Assembly: GCA_030019415.1 (NCBI GenBank)
Contig: JASEEX010000002.1
Location: forward strand, 3,823 to 67,822
Direction: 5' to 3'
Length of the DNA stretch: 64,000 nt
Source: Thermodesulfovibrionales bacterium
Lineage (GTDB): Bacteria; Nitrospirota; Thermodesulfovibrionia; Thermodesulfovibrionales; SM23-35
Both the position numbers and the translations under genes were made by a program. Within the stretch, counting starts at the first letter, position 1. Every line of letters starts with the position of its first letter. Shown here in pieces: positions 48,152-57,295 of this stretch. The notes under the pieces are model-generated. The model had not been told where the DNA came from and made no database searches. It worked only from the letters and a program-made list of their open reading frames with translations.

Positions 48152-48340
48152 CTTGCAGTTTAGTATTTGACTACGACAAATTTTTGTCAAGCACTCTCAG
48201 GTCTAAATCACCAATAACCAAGCACCAATCCGCCTCAGGCGGACCAAATAAGCAGTACAACTTGTTTATTGGTTATTGAAACATTGGTTATTATTTGATT
48301 ATTGTGATTTAGTCATTGGTTATTTTGGCTTTACGGGGTA

Positions 48341-48370
48341 TTGACAAATGCATTCGATTTTTAGTATTAT
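48341..48370 (+). promoter_or_regulatory. Candidate sigma70-type promoter for rho
   Basis: TTGACA (48341-48346), an 18-nt spacer, then TATTAT (48365-48370). It lies about 100 nt upstream of the rho ATG. Confidence 0.35.
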
Positions 48371-48473
48371 TGTTATGTTCTTCATGTATAAATTGTAGAA
48401 ACCTTCCTGGATAGGCACAGTCCTACCGGGTTATATAGAAACCACCATATAAGATCCAAATAGGAGTTTAATA

Positions 48474-49760
48474 ATGGAAAACCAAAAAAAGAGTTTAATG
48501 ACGGAAAATATCTCGATTTCAGAACTTAAGGAGAAAACCTTTGATGAACTCACAGGGGTTGCAAGGGAACTCAAGGTAGAAGGCGCTACTGGTATGAGAA
48601 AACAGGATCTTATTTTTGCAATACTCCAGGCACAGACAGAAAAAACAGGGTATGTATTTGGGGAGGGGGTACTCGAGATCCTCCCTGACGGATTTGGCTT
48701 CCTGAGGTCACCCGACTACAGCTATTTGCCAGGACCCGACGACATATATGTATCGCCGTCACAGATACGGAGGTTTAATCTGAGGACAGGTGACCTCGTC
48801 TCAGGCCAGATAAGGCCTCCGAAGGAAAGTGAGAGATATTTTGCCCTTCTCAAGGTAGAGGCAATAAACCACGAATCTCCAGAAGGAAATATAAACAGAC
48901 CATTATTTGATAATCTTATCCCGTATTATCCTACCCAAAAGATTAACCTTGAATACGACCCCGGTGATTATTCTACGAGGGTGATGGACCTTATAACACC
49001 TATAGGCATGGGGCAGAGGGGCATGATAGTTGCGGCGCCGAGGACGGGCAAGACTATGCTTCTGCAGTCTATAGCAAAGGCAGTTAAGAAAAATCATCGA
49101 GATATCCACCTTATAATACTCCTGATTGACGAAAGGCCTGAGGAAGTAACGGACTGGAAAAGGCAGGTTCCTGCAGCAGAGATAATAAGTTCAACTTTTG
49201 ATGAACCACCACATAGACACTGTCAGGTTTCGGAGATGGTCATTGAAAGGGCCAAACGCCTTGTCGAGTGCAAGCGTAATGCTGTAATACTCCTTGACAG
49301 TATAACAAGGCTTGCCAGGGCTTACAATTCTGTTATACCAACAAGTGGTAAAGTCTTATCAGGAGGTCTCGACGCAAATGCACTCCAGAAGCCAAAGAGA
49401 TTTTTCGGGACTGCAAGAAATATAGAAATTGGTGGGAGCCTCACCATAATTGCGACTGCACTTGTAGATACGGGGAGCAGGATGGATGATGTCATATTCG
49501 AGGAATTCAAAGGTACTGGGAATATGGAGCTGCACCTTGACAGAAAGCTTGTTGACAGGAGGATATTCCCGAGTATTGATATCGATGCGTCTGGTACGAG
49601 AAAGGAAGAACTGTTGGTAGACAAGAAGGTACTCAACAAAATGTGGATACTAAGAAAGGTCTTCACCCCTCTGAGTACGGTCGAGAGTATGGAATTCCTC
49701 CTCGGAAAACTTATGGGCACAAAGAGCAACCGGGAATTCCTCGATATGATGAATAAATAA
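48474..49760 (+). CDS. rho: Transcription termination factor Rho
   Basis: N-terminal Rho_N domain, a cold-shock-like RNA-binding domain (GFGFLR), Walker A APRTGKT, and the Q/R loop region. Confidence 0.95.
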   Translation: MENQKKSLMTENISISELKEKTFDELTGVARELKVEGATGMRKQDLIFAILQAQTEKTGYVFGEGVLEILPDGFGFLRSPDYSYLPGPDDIYVSPSQIRRFNLRTGDLVSGQIRPPKESERYFALLKVEAINHESPEGNINRPLFDNLIPYYPTQKINLEYDPGDYSTRVMDLITPIGMGQRGMIVAAPRTGKTMLLQSIAKAVKKNHRDIHLIILLIDERPEEVTDWKRQVPAAEIISSTFDEPPHRHCQVSEMVIERAKRLVECKRNAVILLDSITRLARAYNSVIPTSGKVLSGGLDANALQKPKRFFGTARNIEIGGSLTIIATALVDTGSRMDDVIFEEFKGTGNMELHLDRKLVDRRIFPSIDIDASGTRKEELLVDKKVLNKMWILRKVFTPLSTVESMEFLLGKLMGTKSNREFLDMMNK

Positions 49761-49786
49761 CCTTAATAAAATCTTCAGCTTCCTGC

Positions 49787-50185
49787 ATGGGGAATAAATT
49801 AGAAGATGACAGTTACTGCTTTGTATGTGGAGAAAAAAATCCCTATGGCCTTAATCTCAAGTTCTCTCTCCATGAGGGGAAGGCATTAGCTGAATTCACT
49901 CCACAAAAGATCCACCAGGGTTACAAAGGTATCGTTCATGGTGGAATAATCTCTACACTTATTGATGAGGCAATGGTTAAAGTGGCTCTGATGCAAGGGA
50001 TGCCTGCTATTACAGCAGAGATCACTGTAAGATTTAAAAAACCTCTTATAGTTGGAGAAAGAGCAATCATTGAGGCCATCATAACAAATATGTATAAAAG
50101 AATTATTGAGGCATCGGCGAGGATAAAAAAAGCAGATGATACGCTGGTAGCTGAAGGCCATGCCAAGCTACTGAGGTGTGATTAA
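49787..50185 (+). CDS. PaaI-family hotdog-fold thioesterase
   Basis: CFVCGEKNPYGL followed by VHGGIISTLIDEAM, a typical PaaI/4HBT pattern. Confidence 0.7.
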   Translation: MGNKLEDDSYCFVCGEKNPYGLNLKFSLHEGKALAEFTPQKIHQGYKGIVHGGIISTLIDEAMVKVALMQGMPAITAEITVRFKKPLIVGERAIIEAIITNMYKRIIEASARIKKADDTLVAEGHAKLLRCD

Positions 50186-50874
50186 GGGTTCAAATTTGGG
50201 AGATTCACTTTCACAATATACCTCTTTATATCGGTTAAAGGTAAACTAAGGATCAGCATCCCATATTTTATATCCCTTAGTATTTTTACCTCTTCATTTA
50301 CTTTTGGCCCTTTATTGAGAATAAGGATCCCCCCTTTTTTAACAATATGGGATGCCTTTTTTATGAAGTCTTTAATACTGAATAAGGCCCTTGTAACTGC
50401 TACATCAACAGCACGCAAGGGGGACAGAGTCCCCCTTGCGAAATTCCCCTCTTTTAAAGGATACGACTCCCGAACTACCCTTACATCTTCAATCCTCTTT
50501 TCTATCACCTCGATCTTTTTCAATTCGAGTTGTCTTGTGATATGTCTGAGAAAGGCAGATTTCTTTCTTGAGGGTTCGATGAGATACATCTCGATCTCAG
50601 GCCTGATAATCTTTATCGGTATCCCTGGAAACCCGGCACCACTTCCAACATCAGCAACCCTTATCTCACCATCAGGCATTGCCTTCAGATAAAGTGAGGA
50701 ATCGAGAAAGTGCTTGGTGACAATATCTTTGTCTTTCCTGAGACTGGTGAGGTTATACGCCTTATTCCATTTCTTAAGCTCAGAGAGATAGGTAATGAAG
50801 GCCCTGAGCTGATCTATTTCTGGAACAAATCCAAGCTCCTCTAGCCCTCTCTTAAGCAGCTCCTTTGCATCCAC
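50182..50874 (-). CDS. rsmG: 16S rRNA (guanine527-N7)-methyltransferase
   Basis: Motifs WNKAYNLTS, HFLDS, and the SAM site DVGSGAGFPGIP. It lies downstream of mnmG. Confidence 0.85.
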   Translation of the reverse strand: MDAKELLKRGLEELGFVPEIDQLRAFITYLSELKKWNKAYNLTSLRKDKDIVTKHFLDSSLYLKAMPDGEIRVADVGSGAGFPGIPIKIIRPEIEMYLIEPSRKKSAFLRHITRQLELKKIEVIEKRIEDVRVVRESYPLKEGNFARGTLSPLRAVDVAVTRALFSIKDFIKKASHIVKKGGILILNKGPKVNEEVKILRDIKYGMLILSLPLTDIKRYIVKVNLPNLNP

Positions 50875-52705
50875 TCTGCCTCTTTAATTTTTCTATTGTC
50901 ACCAATAAGAGGGAAATAGCAGCAGGAGTTACACCAGGAATCCTGCTCGCCTGACCTAAATTTGCAGGCCTAACCTCCTGTAACTTGCTCAGGACCTCTT
51001 TTGAAAGACCTTTTACAGAGGTGTAATCAAAATCCTCGGATATCTTCTTTTCCTCTATCTTCTTAAGCCTCTCCGCCATCTCCATCTGACGGCGGATATA
51101 GCCATCATATTTTACCTGTATCTCAATCTGTTTTTTAATCTCAGGAGTGAGGAATTTATCAGAAGGTGAGGATTCCTCTATGAATTTATATGTTATCTCA
51201 GGCCTTTTTAAAAGCTGCTCCAGAGATTCGTCCCTGTCTGTACCTTCAAACCTTATGCGGGTCTTTTTAATACGCTGAAGCTCTTCATCGGTCAGTCTCT
51301 TTTTTTCCTGAAACTTTTGATAAACCTCCTTGCCCAGAAGCCCGATTTCATAACCCTTATCCATCAGACGCAGATCAGCATTGTCATGTCTTAAAAGAAG
51401 CCTGTATTCCGCCCTTGATGTAAACATCCTATAAGGCTCACTGGTGCCTTTTGTTATGAGGTCGTCAATGAGAACTCCGATGTATGCCTCGTGCCTTCCC
51501 AAGATTAAAGGTTCTTTTCCCTGAAGTTTCAGTAATGCATTTATTCCTGCCATTAGACCCTGTGCAGCAGCCTCCTCATAACCTGATGTTCCGTTTATCT
51601 GTCCAGCGAGAAAGAGTCCATCAATTATCTTTGTCTCGAGGTTGTGCTTTAGCTGTGTTGGATAAACAAAGTCGTACTCTATTGCGTATCCTGGCCTCAT
51701 GATTTCTGCCTCTTCAAGCCCTGGGATTGTCCTTATAAGGCTTACCTGCATATCATAGGGAAGGCTTGTAAATATCCCGTTTGCATAGTACTCCTTGGTA
51801 TCAAGTCCTTCTGGCTCAAGAAAGACCTGATGCCGCTGTCTCTCAGGAAACATAACAACCTTATCTTCTATTGAAGGACAATACCTTGGTCCTGTCCCTT
51901 TAACCCTACCACTATAAATAGATGAACGGTCAAGATTGTCGAAAATTATTTTATGGGTTTCGCTGTTTGTATAAGTTAGATAGCATGGAAGCTGAGGATT
52001 GGTTATCTTCTCTGTGCTGTATGAAAAGGGCTGAGGAGGCTCATCCCCCCATTGTGGTTCGGTTTTTGAAAAATCTATTGTCTTGGCATCGAGCCTCGGT
52101 GGTGTGCAAGTCTTGAAACGACCTATCTTCAAACCTAATCCTCTCAGGGAATCGGAAAGCCCTACTGATGGGAACTCTCCAGCCCTTCCAGCAGGAAAGT
52201 TCTCAAGCCCGATGTGTATCAGTCCTTTCAGAAATGTACCCGTCGTGACAATGACAGCCCCTGCCCCATAGAAGATGCCGAGTGATGTAAGAACCCCCTT
52301 TACCTTCCTATCATCTACAATTATTTTTTCAACAGTATCCTGCTTTATATCGAGGTTTTCCTGAGACTCAATAACCTTTCTCATTGATAGTCTGTATAGA
52401 ACCCTATCTGCCTGTGCCCTCAGAGACCAGACAGCAGGCCCTTTGCTCATATTGAGCATTCTGAACTGGATTCCTGCCCTGTCTGTCACCTTTGCCATCT
52501 CTCCTCCAAGGGCGTCTATCTCACGAACAAGGTGACCCTTAGCAAGTCCGCCAATAGCAGGGTTGCATGACATCTGTGCGATTGTATCGAGGTTTATTGT
52601 GAATAGACAGGTAGAAAAGCCCAGACGGGCAGATGCAAGTGCAGCTTCGCAGCCGGCATGGCCTGCACCAATAACAACTATATCATAATCACCGTCTTTA
52701 TACAT
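50852..52705 (-). CDS. mnmG: tRNA uridine 5-carboxymethylaminomethyl modification enzyme MnmG (GidA)
   Basis: FAD motif YDIVVIGAGHAGCEAA, plus GGLAKGHLVREIDALGG, GPRYCPSIEDK, and the C-terminal GVTPAAISLL. I prefer the ATG at 52705 to the track's TTG at 52744. Confidence 0.95.
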   Translation of the reverse strand: MYKDGDYDIVVIGAGHAGCEAALASARLGFSTCLFTINLDTIAQMSCNPAIGGLAKGHLVREIDALGGEMAKVTDRAGIQFRMLNMSKGPAVWSLRAQADRVLYRLSMRKVIESQENLDIKQDTVEKIIVDDRKVKGVLTSLGIFYGAGAVIVTTGTFLKGLIHIGLENFPAGRAGEFPSVGLSDSLRGLGLKIGRFKTCTPPRLDAKTIDFSKTEPQWGDEPPQPFSYSTEKITNPQLPCYLTYTNSETHKIIFDNLDRSSIYSGRVKGTGPRYCPSIEDKVVMFPERQRHQVFLEPEGLDTKEYYANGIFTSLPYDMQVSLIRTIPGLEEAEIMRPGYAIEYDFVYPTQLKHNLETKIIDGLFLAGQINGTSGYEEAAAQGLMAGINALLKLQGKEPLILGRHEAYIGVLIDDLITKGTSEPYRMFTSRAEYRLLLRHDNADLRLMDKGYEIGLLGKEVYQKFQEKKRLTDEELQRIKKTRIRFEGTDRDESLEQLLKRPEITYKFIEESSPSDKFLTPEIKKQIEIQVKYDGYIRRQMEMAERLKKIEEKKISEDFDYTSVKGLSKEVLSKLQEVRPANLGQASRIPGVTPAAISLLLVTIEKLKRQSGCKGAA

Positions 52706-52744
52706 TATCAATTTACTATAAAAGATTCTTTTTACCTTATTCAA

Positions 52745-52786
52745 TTTACCCCGTTAGAAAGCCCTGTCCTTTCTAACAGGGTTTAC
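52745..52786. mobile_element. Minimal family-A hairpin (termini only, 42 nt)
   Basis: tttaccccgttagaaa-gccctgtcc-tttctaacagggtttac. The ubiE stop codon (52783-52785) lies inside its right terminus. Confidence 0.75.
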
Positions 52787-53478
52787 TTCTTTCCCATATA
52801 AATAGAAGCTATTCCTCCTGATAGGCTTTTATAATTAATATTTCTCAATCCCTCGGCTTCAAGTAGTTCTATGACTTCATCTTTTTCAGGAAATCTGACT
52901 ATAGAGGATGAAAGGTAATCATAGGAATATTTTGAGCCTGATATCAATCCTCCTATTTTCGGCATGATATTTTTTAGATAGAAAAGGTATATACTTTTTA
53001 AAATAGGATTTTGTGGCAGAGAAAGCTCCAATATCAAAAGTAGACCATCTTTTTTTAAAACCCTGACCATCTCTCTAATTCCCCTTCTAAAATCATGGAG
53101 GTTCCTGAAACCGAACCCGATGCTGACTGCATCAAAAACCTCATCTTTAAAAGAAAGATGAAAAAGATCAGATTGCTGTAATATTATTCTTCCATTAAGA
53201 CCGGCTCTTTTAATCTTAACCAGACCTATTTTGAGCATCCGGTCTGAAATATCAATTCCTATGATCTTAGCCCCGGGATACCTGATTGCAAACTCCATCG
53301 CCAGGTCACAAGTTCCAGTACAGGCATCCAGTATTTTCCCCAAATTGAAGGATCTTACCTGGTCGGTCAGGGATCTTCTCCATCTTTTATCGAGGTATAA
53401 ACTGAGGACATGATTCAACAGGTCATATCTTTTATATATCCTTCCGAATAATTCAATCAAATATTCTTTTTTTGCCAT
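52783..53478 (-). CDS. ubiE: Demethylmenaquinone/ubiquinone C-methyltransferase
   Basis: Motifs YDLLNHVLSL..D..WR, the SAM motif ILDACTGTCDL, and GFGFRN. Confidence 0.85.
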   Translation of the reverse strand: MAKKEYLIELFGRIYKRYDLLNHVLSLYLDKRWRRSLTDQVRSFNLGKILDACTGTCDLAMEFAIRYPGAKIIGIDISDRMLKIGLVKIKRAGLNGRIILQQSDLFHLSFKDEVFDAVSIGFGFRNLHDFRRGIREMVRVLKKDGLLLILELSLPQNPILKSIYLFYLKNIMPKIGGLISGSKYSYDYLSSSIVRFPEKDEVIELLEAEGLRNINYKSLSGGIASIYMGKK

Positions 53479-54299
53479 TTTGAATCTTTTTGTCCTCTAT
53501 AACCTACAACCGAAATGCCCGCCTTTTTTGATTCTTCAATAATTTCGTTCTTGTTAAGGGTAATGCTATTTTTTGCCTCAACAGCAAGGACCCTTGCGCC
53601 TACCTCGATCATGGCCCTTAATGTATTTAGTCCCACGGCAGGCACATCAAATCTCATATCCTGGTTTGGCTTGCTGACCTTCACGACCACAGCTCCTTCG
53701 CCTGCAAGCCTCCCTCCCCTCCTTATCGCCTCATCTGTTCCCTCAATGGCTTCTACAGCCATCACAGCCTGATTTTTAACCACAACAGTCTGCCCTATGT
53801 CCAGCCTGCCTATCTCCTTCGCAATCTTCCAGCCAAATTCAATATCTTTCCATTCGTCCTCTGTAGGGCTGTCTTCTGTTAGTATTCCCTCGGGTGTAAG
53901 GAGGCCGAAGCTGAAGGATGCTATATTGAGTATGTTAATGCCTTCTTTTTCTATCTCTTTTGCGATAGCCCGTAAGATTGAGTCATCGCTTCTGTCCTTT
54001 AATGAAAAAAGGAGTTTTACAGCCCTCGGGTCTGGTGTGATCTTGCTTTTGTATAGCAGTGATTTCGGCACCTTTCCTGCCATAACTGCCTCTTTTATGC
54101 CGTATTTTGTCAGGATGCCTATTATCTCTCCGAATTTACCGACATTCACCCATTTTATCTCATCCACGTATGAAGATAGTGACCTCTCAGCGAGAGGATC
54201 CAGTGCAATAGCAAAGACGGTGTATCCCTGCGCCCGTGCCTCTGAGGCGATGGCCTTCGGGAGCTCTCCTGTTCCAGAAATCAGACCCAATTTCTTCAT
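53457..54299 (-). CDS. lpxI: UDP-2,3-diacylglucosamine pyrophosphatase LpxI (DUF1009)
   Basis: Motifs LGLISGTGELP, LDIGQTVVVKNQAVMAVEAIEGTDEAIRRGG, and KPNQDMRFDVPAVG. Confidence 0.75.
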   Translation of the reverse strand: MKKLGLISGTGELPKAIASEARAQGYTVFAIALDPLAERSLSSYVDEIKWVNVGKFGEIIGILTKYGIKEAVMAGKVPKSLLYKSKITPDPRAVKLLFSLKDRSDDSILRAIAKEIEKEGINILNIASFSFGLLTPEGILTEDSPTEDEWKDIEFGWKIAKEIGRLDIGQTVVVKNQAVMAVEAIEGTDEAIRRGGRLAGEGAVVVKVSKPNQDMRFDVPAVGLNTLRAMIEVGARVLAVEAKNSITLNKNEIIEESKKAGISVVGYRGQKDSKWQKKNI

Positions 54300-54315
54300 A
54301 TAAATACCTCATTCA

Positions 54316-55098
54316 TTATCTACAGATACCTCTTTTATTCTTCTGTTGTATGAATTCAATGAGGTGCTTTATTTCGTCCGTGTATGGGAGGTCTTCCTGG
54401 ATCTTCTTTATTGCATCTTTTAGTGTCCGCTTTTCTCTGAAAAGTATCTTGTATGCCTTTTTAAGTTCATTTATTGTTGAGTCAGAGAAGCCATGCCGCT
54501 TGAGACCAATAGTATTAAGGCCGAAGAGTCTTGCCCTTGCTCCTGATGCTATCATATAAGGTGGGATATCCTGTCCTACACCGCTGAAGCCACCAACCAT
54601 TACATAAGCTCCGATTCTTGTAAACTGGTGTACTGCAACGAGTCCGCCTATTACAGCACAGTCTTCCACGACCACATGGCCTGCAAGGGTTGCAACATTT
54701 GCCATTGTTATGTGACTGCCTATCTTGCAGTCATGGGCAATATGGACATAAGCCATGAGAAAATTATTGTCTCCAATTATGGTTATACCGTCTCCGCCAA
54801 CAGATGCTCTATGTATTGTTGTATATTCCCGAATGATATTATTGTTTCCTATCTTTACGCCTGTCTTTTCTCCTTTATATTTCAAGTCCTGTGGTGGGAG
54901 CCCGATGCTTGTGAACGGATAGATTATGCAGTTTTCACCTATCTCGGTGTTGCTTTCTATGATTACATTTGAAACAAGTTTTGTGCCTTTCTTTATATGG
55001 GCTCCCTCTCCCATAATACAGAATGGCCCGATATAGGTCTCTTCATCTATTTCTACGTCCGGGGCTATGATTGCTGTAGGATGAATCTCCCTTTTCAT
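54316..55098 (-). CDS. lpxA: Acyl-ACP:UDP-GlcNAc O-acyltransferase
   Basis: Left-handed beta-helix hexapeptide repeats and a C-terminal helical domain (LFGLNTIGLKRHGFS). Confidence 0.9.
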   Translation of the reverse strand: MKREIHPTAIIAPDVEIDEETYIGPFCIMGEGAHIKKGTKLVSNVIIESNTEIGENCIIYPFTSIGLPPQDLKYKGEKTGVKIGNNNIIREYTTIHRASVGGDGITIIGDNNFLMAYVHIAHDCKIGSHITMANVATLAGHVVVEDCAVIGGLVAVHQFTRIGAYVMVGGFSGVGQDIPPYMIASGARARLFGLNTIGLKRHGFSDSTINELKKAYKILFREKRTLKDAIKKIQEDLPYTDEIKHLIEFIQQKNKRGICR

Positions 55099-55101
55099 AA
55101 T

Positions 55102-55536
55102 TTATATCTCTTCATCCGTGACCATAGCAGTAAATTCAGCTTCGGCGACAACCTTTTCCTCAACAACCGCATTGCCAGAGAACTTCCAAACATTTCCTCT
55201 GTGTTGCAGGATGTTGACCTCTAATCTGAGTTGGTCCCCGGGGACGACCGGTTTTCTGAATTTTGCCTTCTCTATACTCATGAAATAAACGGATTTGCCT
55301 ACATTAGCACCTGGACGAAAAGCCAGTATACCTGCTACCTGTGCCAGTGCCTCTATTATCAAGACGCCAGGCATTATGGGGTGACCTGGGAAATGCCCCT
55401 GAAAGAACCCTTCATTAATGGTCACATTTTTTATTCCCACTGCCTTTACCCCTGGTTCTATATCAATGATTCTGTCTACTAACAGAAATGGATATCTGTG
55501 AGGTAAAAATTTTTGTATCTCCTTTATGTCCATCAT
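55102..55536 (-). CDS. fabZ: 3-hydroxyacyl-ACP dehydratase
   Basis: Motifs LPHRYPFLLVDR, FFQGHFPGHPIMPGVLIIEALAQ. Confidence 0.9.
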   Translation of the reverse strand: MMDIKEIQKFLPHRYPFLLVDRIIDIEPGVKAVGIKNVTINEGFFQGHFPGHPIMPGVLIIEALAQVAGILAFRPGANVGKSVYFMSIEKAKFRKPVVPGDQLRLEVNILQHRGNVWKFSGNAVVEEKVVAEAEFTAMVTDEEI

Positions 55537-56555
55537 ACAGGATTCCTCCTTTCAAGTTCCTCTATCCTTTTTTCGAGCTCCTTTATCTTTTTGTAGAGTT
55601 CTGGCAGTTTTGAAATGACTGCCTGTGACTTCAACCAATCTCTATGTGGCATTGCGGGTGAACCAGAATAGATTCCCTTTGAAACATCTCCTAAAACACC
55701 TGACTGGGCACCAATTATCGTCCCAGACTCTATCTTTACGTGGTCAGTAACCCCAACCTGACCTCCCAGGGTAACAAAATCACCTATCTCGGTGCTACCC
55801 GCTATTCCAACTTGGCCAACAATAATAGCGTTCTTGCCGATTTTGACATTATGTCCTATCTGAACAAGATTATCTATCTTCGTGCCTCTCCCTATTATTG
55901 TGTTCCCCGTTGTTGCCCTATCAATGGAGACATTGGAACCTATCTCAACATCATCCTCAACAATAACACCTCCTACTTGAGGAATCTTATAGTGCCTGCC
56001 TTCATCAAAAACATAACCGAAACCATCAGAACCTATCACTGAACCTGAATGTATTATGACATTATTGCCAATGGTGACCTTCTCTCTCACCACCACATTC
56101 GGGTAGATAATGCATCCCTTTCCTATTGTCGTATTCTCACCTACAAATACAAAAGGATAAATAACGGTTCCTTCGTCTATGAAAACACCGTCTGAAATAT
56201 AGGATAAGGGAAAGATCGAGACATCTTTCCCTGTCCTTGCCTTCTTGGACACAATGGCTTCCTTGCTTATCCCTATAGGTTTTTTTGGTTTTATATAGAA
56301 ATGCTCAAGTAGTTTTGCAAAGGCGAGATGGGGGTTTGGTACCCTCAATTGTGTTATATTGAGGCCATCTATCGGTTCTTTTACTATCACGCATGATGCC
56401 TTGCATCCCGAGAGATACTTTCTATAACTGTCTGCTGAGAGAAAGGTAATATCTCCTTCTTGAGCTCCGTTTATACCTGATACACCTGTGATTTCGATAT
56501 CGGGGTCACCGATTATCTCCCCATTAAGCAGGGATGCAATTTCTCTTAGTTTCAC
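55533..56555 (-). CDS. lpxD: UDP-3-O-acylglucosamine N-acyltransferase
   Basis: N-terminal LpxD domain followed by hexapeptide repeats and a C-terminal coiled tail. The GTG start at 56553-56555 lies inside the MITE terminus. Confidence 0.9.
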   Translation of the reverse strand: MKLREIASLLNGEIIGDPDIEITGVSGINGAQEGDITFLSADSYRKYLSGCKASCVIVKEPIDGLNITQLRVPNPHLAFAKLLEHFYIKPKKPIGISKEAIVSKKARTGKDVSIFPLSYISDGVFIDEGTVIYPFVFVGENTTIGKGCIIYPNVVVREKVTIGNNVIIHSGSVIGSDGFGYVFDEGRHYKIPQVGGVIVEDDVEIGSNVSIDRATTGNTIIGRGTKIDNLVQIGHNVKIGKNAIIVGQVGIAGSTEIGDFVTLGGQVGVTDHVKIESGTIIGAQSGVLGDVSKGIYSGSPAMPHRDWLKSQAVISKLPELYKKIKELEKRIEELERRNPV

Positions 56556-56726
56556 CCCGCACCACCTCTTTTCATGACTCTATCTGTAATGTCCATGCCT
56601 TTATCCCGCACCTTTCCCGAATACCCCGCAGCAAGCTGTGGGGTGAAGGGTTCTCAAATAAATCCTTTCGGCGGGGTCGAATACCCCACTGAAAGGTGCG
56701 GGATTTATTCGTGGTGCGGGGTTCAC
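56551..56726. mobile_element. MITE-like element, family B (176 nt), filling the skp-lpxD intergenic space
   Basis: Termini ttcaccccgcaccac and gtggtgcggggttcac. The internal module ccccgcagcaagctgtgggg is shared with family A copies. Confidence 0.8.
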
Positions 56727-57274
56727 TTCTTCTTTTTTGCCGGTGTTGCCTTTAACTCGTTATATTTTTTTATGATTGTATCAGTAATGTCTATGTCCTT
56801 TTTGGAGTAAAGGACTATGCTCCCGGCCTTCTCTACTATGAGGATGTATCCTTCTTCTTCTCCGATCCTCTCTACTATTTCCCGAATCTCTTTTATGATC
56901 GCATCCGTTAGTTCCAGTTCTTTCTTCTTGACCTCGGCCTGTGAATCCTGGACAAGCCTCTGGTATTCCCTGAGCATTTTTTCGAGTTCTTCCTCTTTGC
57001 TCTTTTTTGCCTCTGCGGAGAGTACGGAGACCTGTTTTTCCAGATCGCTTTTTAGCTTTTCTATGGCCTTGCCCTTCTCATCTATAATTGACTGTTTCGA
57101 TTTTATTAAGGACTCAAGGTCAGACTTAGCCTTCTTTCCAGCATCGGATTCATTTAGAACTTTGTGGAAATCTACACACCCTACCTTTATTGAATCAACC
57201 CCAAAGGAAAAAGTGGCAAGTGACAAGTGAAAAGTGAAAAGTGATAAAATACAAATGATAAGCTTTGTTTTCAT
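56723..57274 (-). CDS. skp: Periplasmic chaperone Skp (OmpH)
   Basis: A signal peptide followed by a long charged coiled-coil region and a Lys-rich tail. It lies between bamA and lpxD, as in many diderms. Confidence 0.75.
   Translation of the reverse strand: MKTKLIICILSLFTFHLSLATFSFGVDSIKVGCVDFHKVLNESDAGKKAKSDLESLIKSKQSIIDEKGKAIEKLKSDLEKQVSVLSAEAKKSKEEELEKMLREYQRLVQDSQAEVKKKELELTDAIIKEIREIVERIGEEEGYILIVEKAGSIVLYSKKDIDITDTIIKKYNELKATPAKKKK
57211..57245. repeat. Tandem 7-nt array (sense-strand TCACTTT-type, 5 units) encoding the Skp signal-peptide core
   Basis: Plus strand: aagtggc aagtgac aagtgaa aagtgaa aagtgat. It encodes LSLFTFHLSLAT. Confidence 0.9.
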
Positions 57275-57295
57275 TTTTCCTCCTTCATCCCTCCC

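Noticed and set aside
53797-54303. 168-aa plus-strand ORF antisense to lpxI. The same applies to 44575-45063, 41821-42372, 39501-39926, 29510-29968, 49322-49729 and 56817-57230.
   Set aside because: Each lies wholly inside a well-supported gene on the opposite strand and is Ser/Leu/Pro/Phe-rich, which is typical of antisense frames. None has a recognisable motif.
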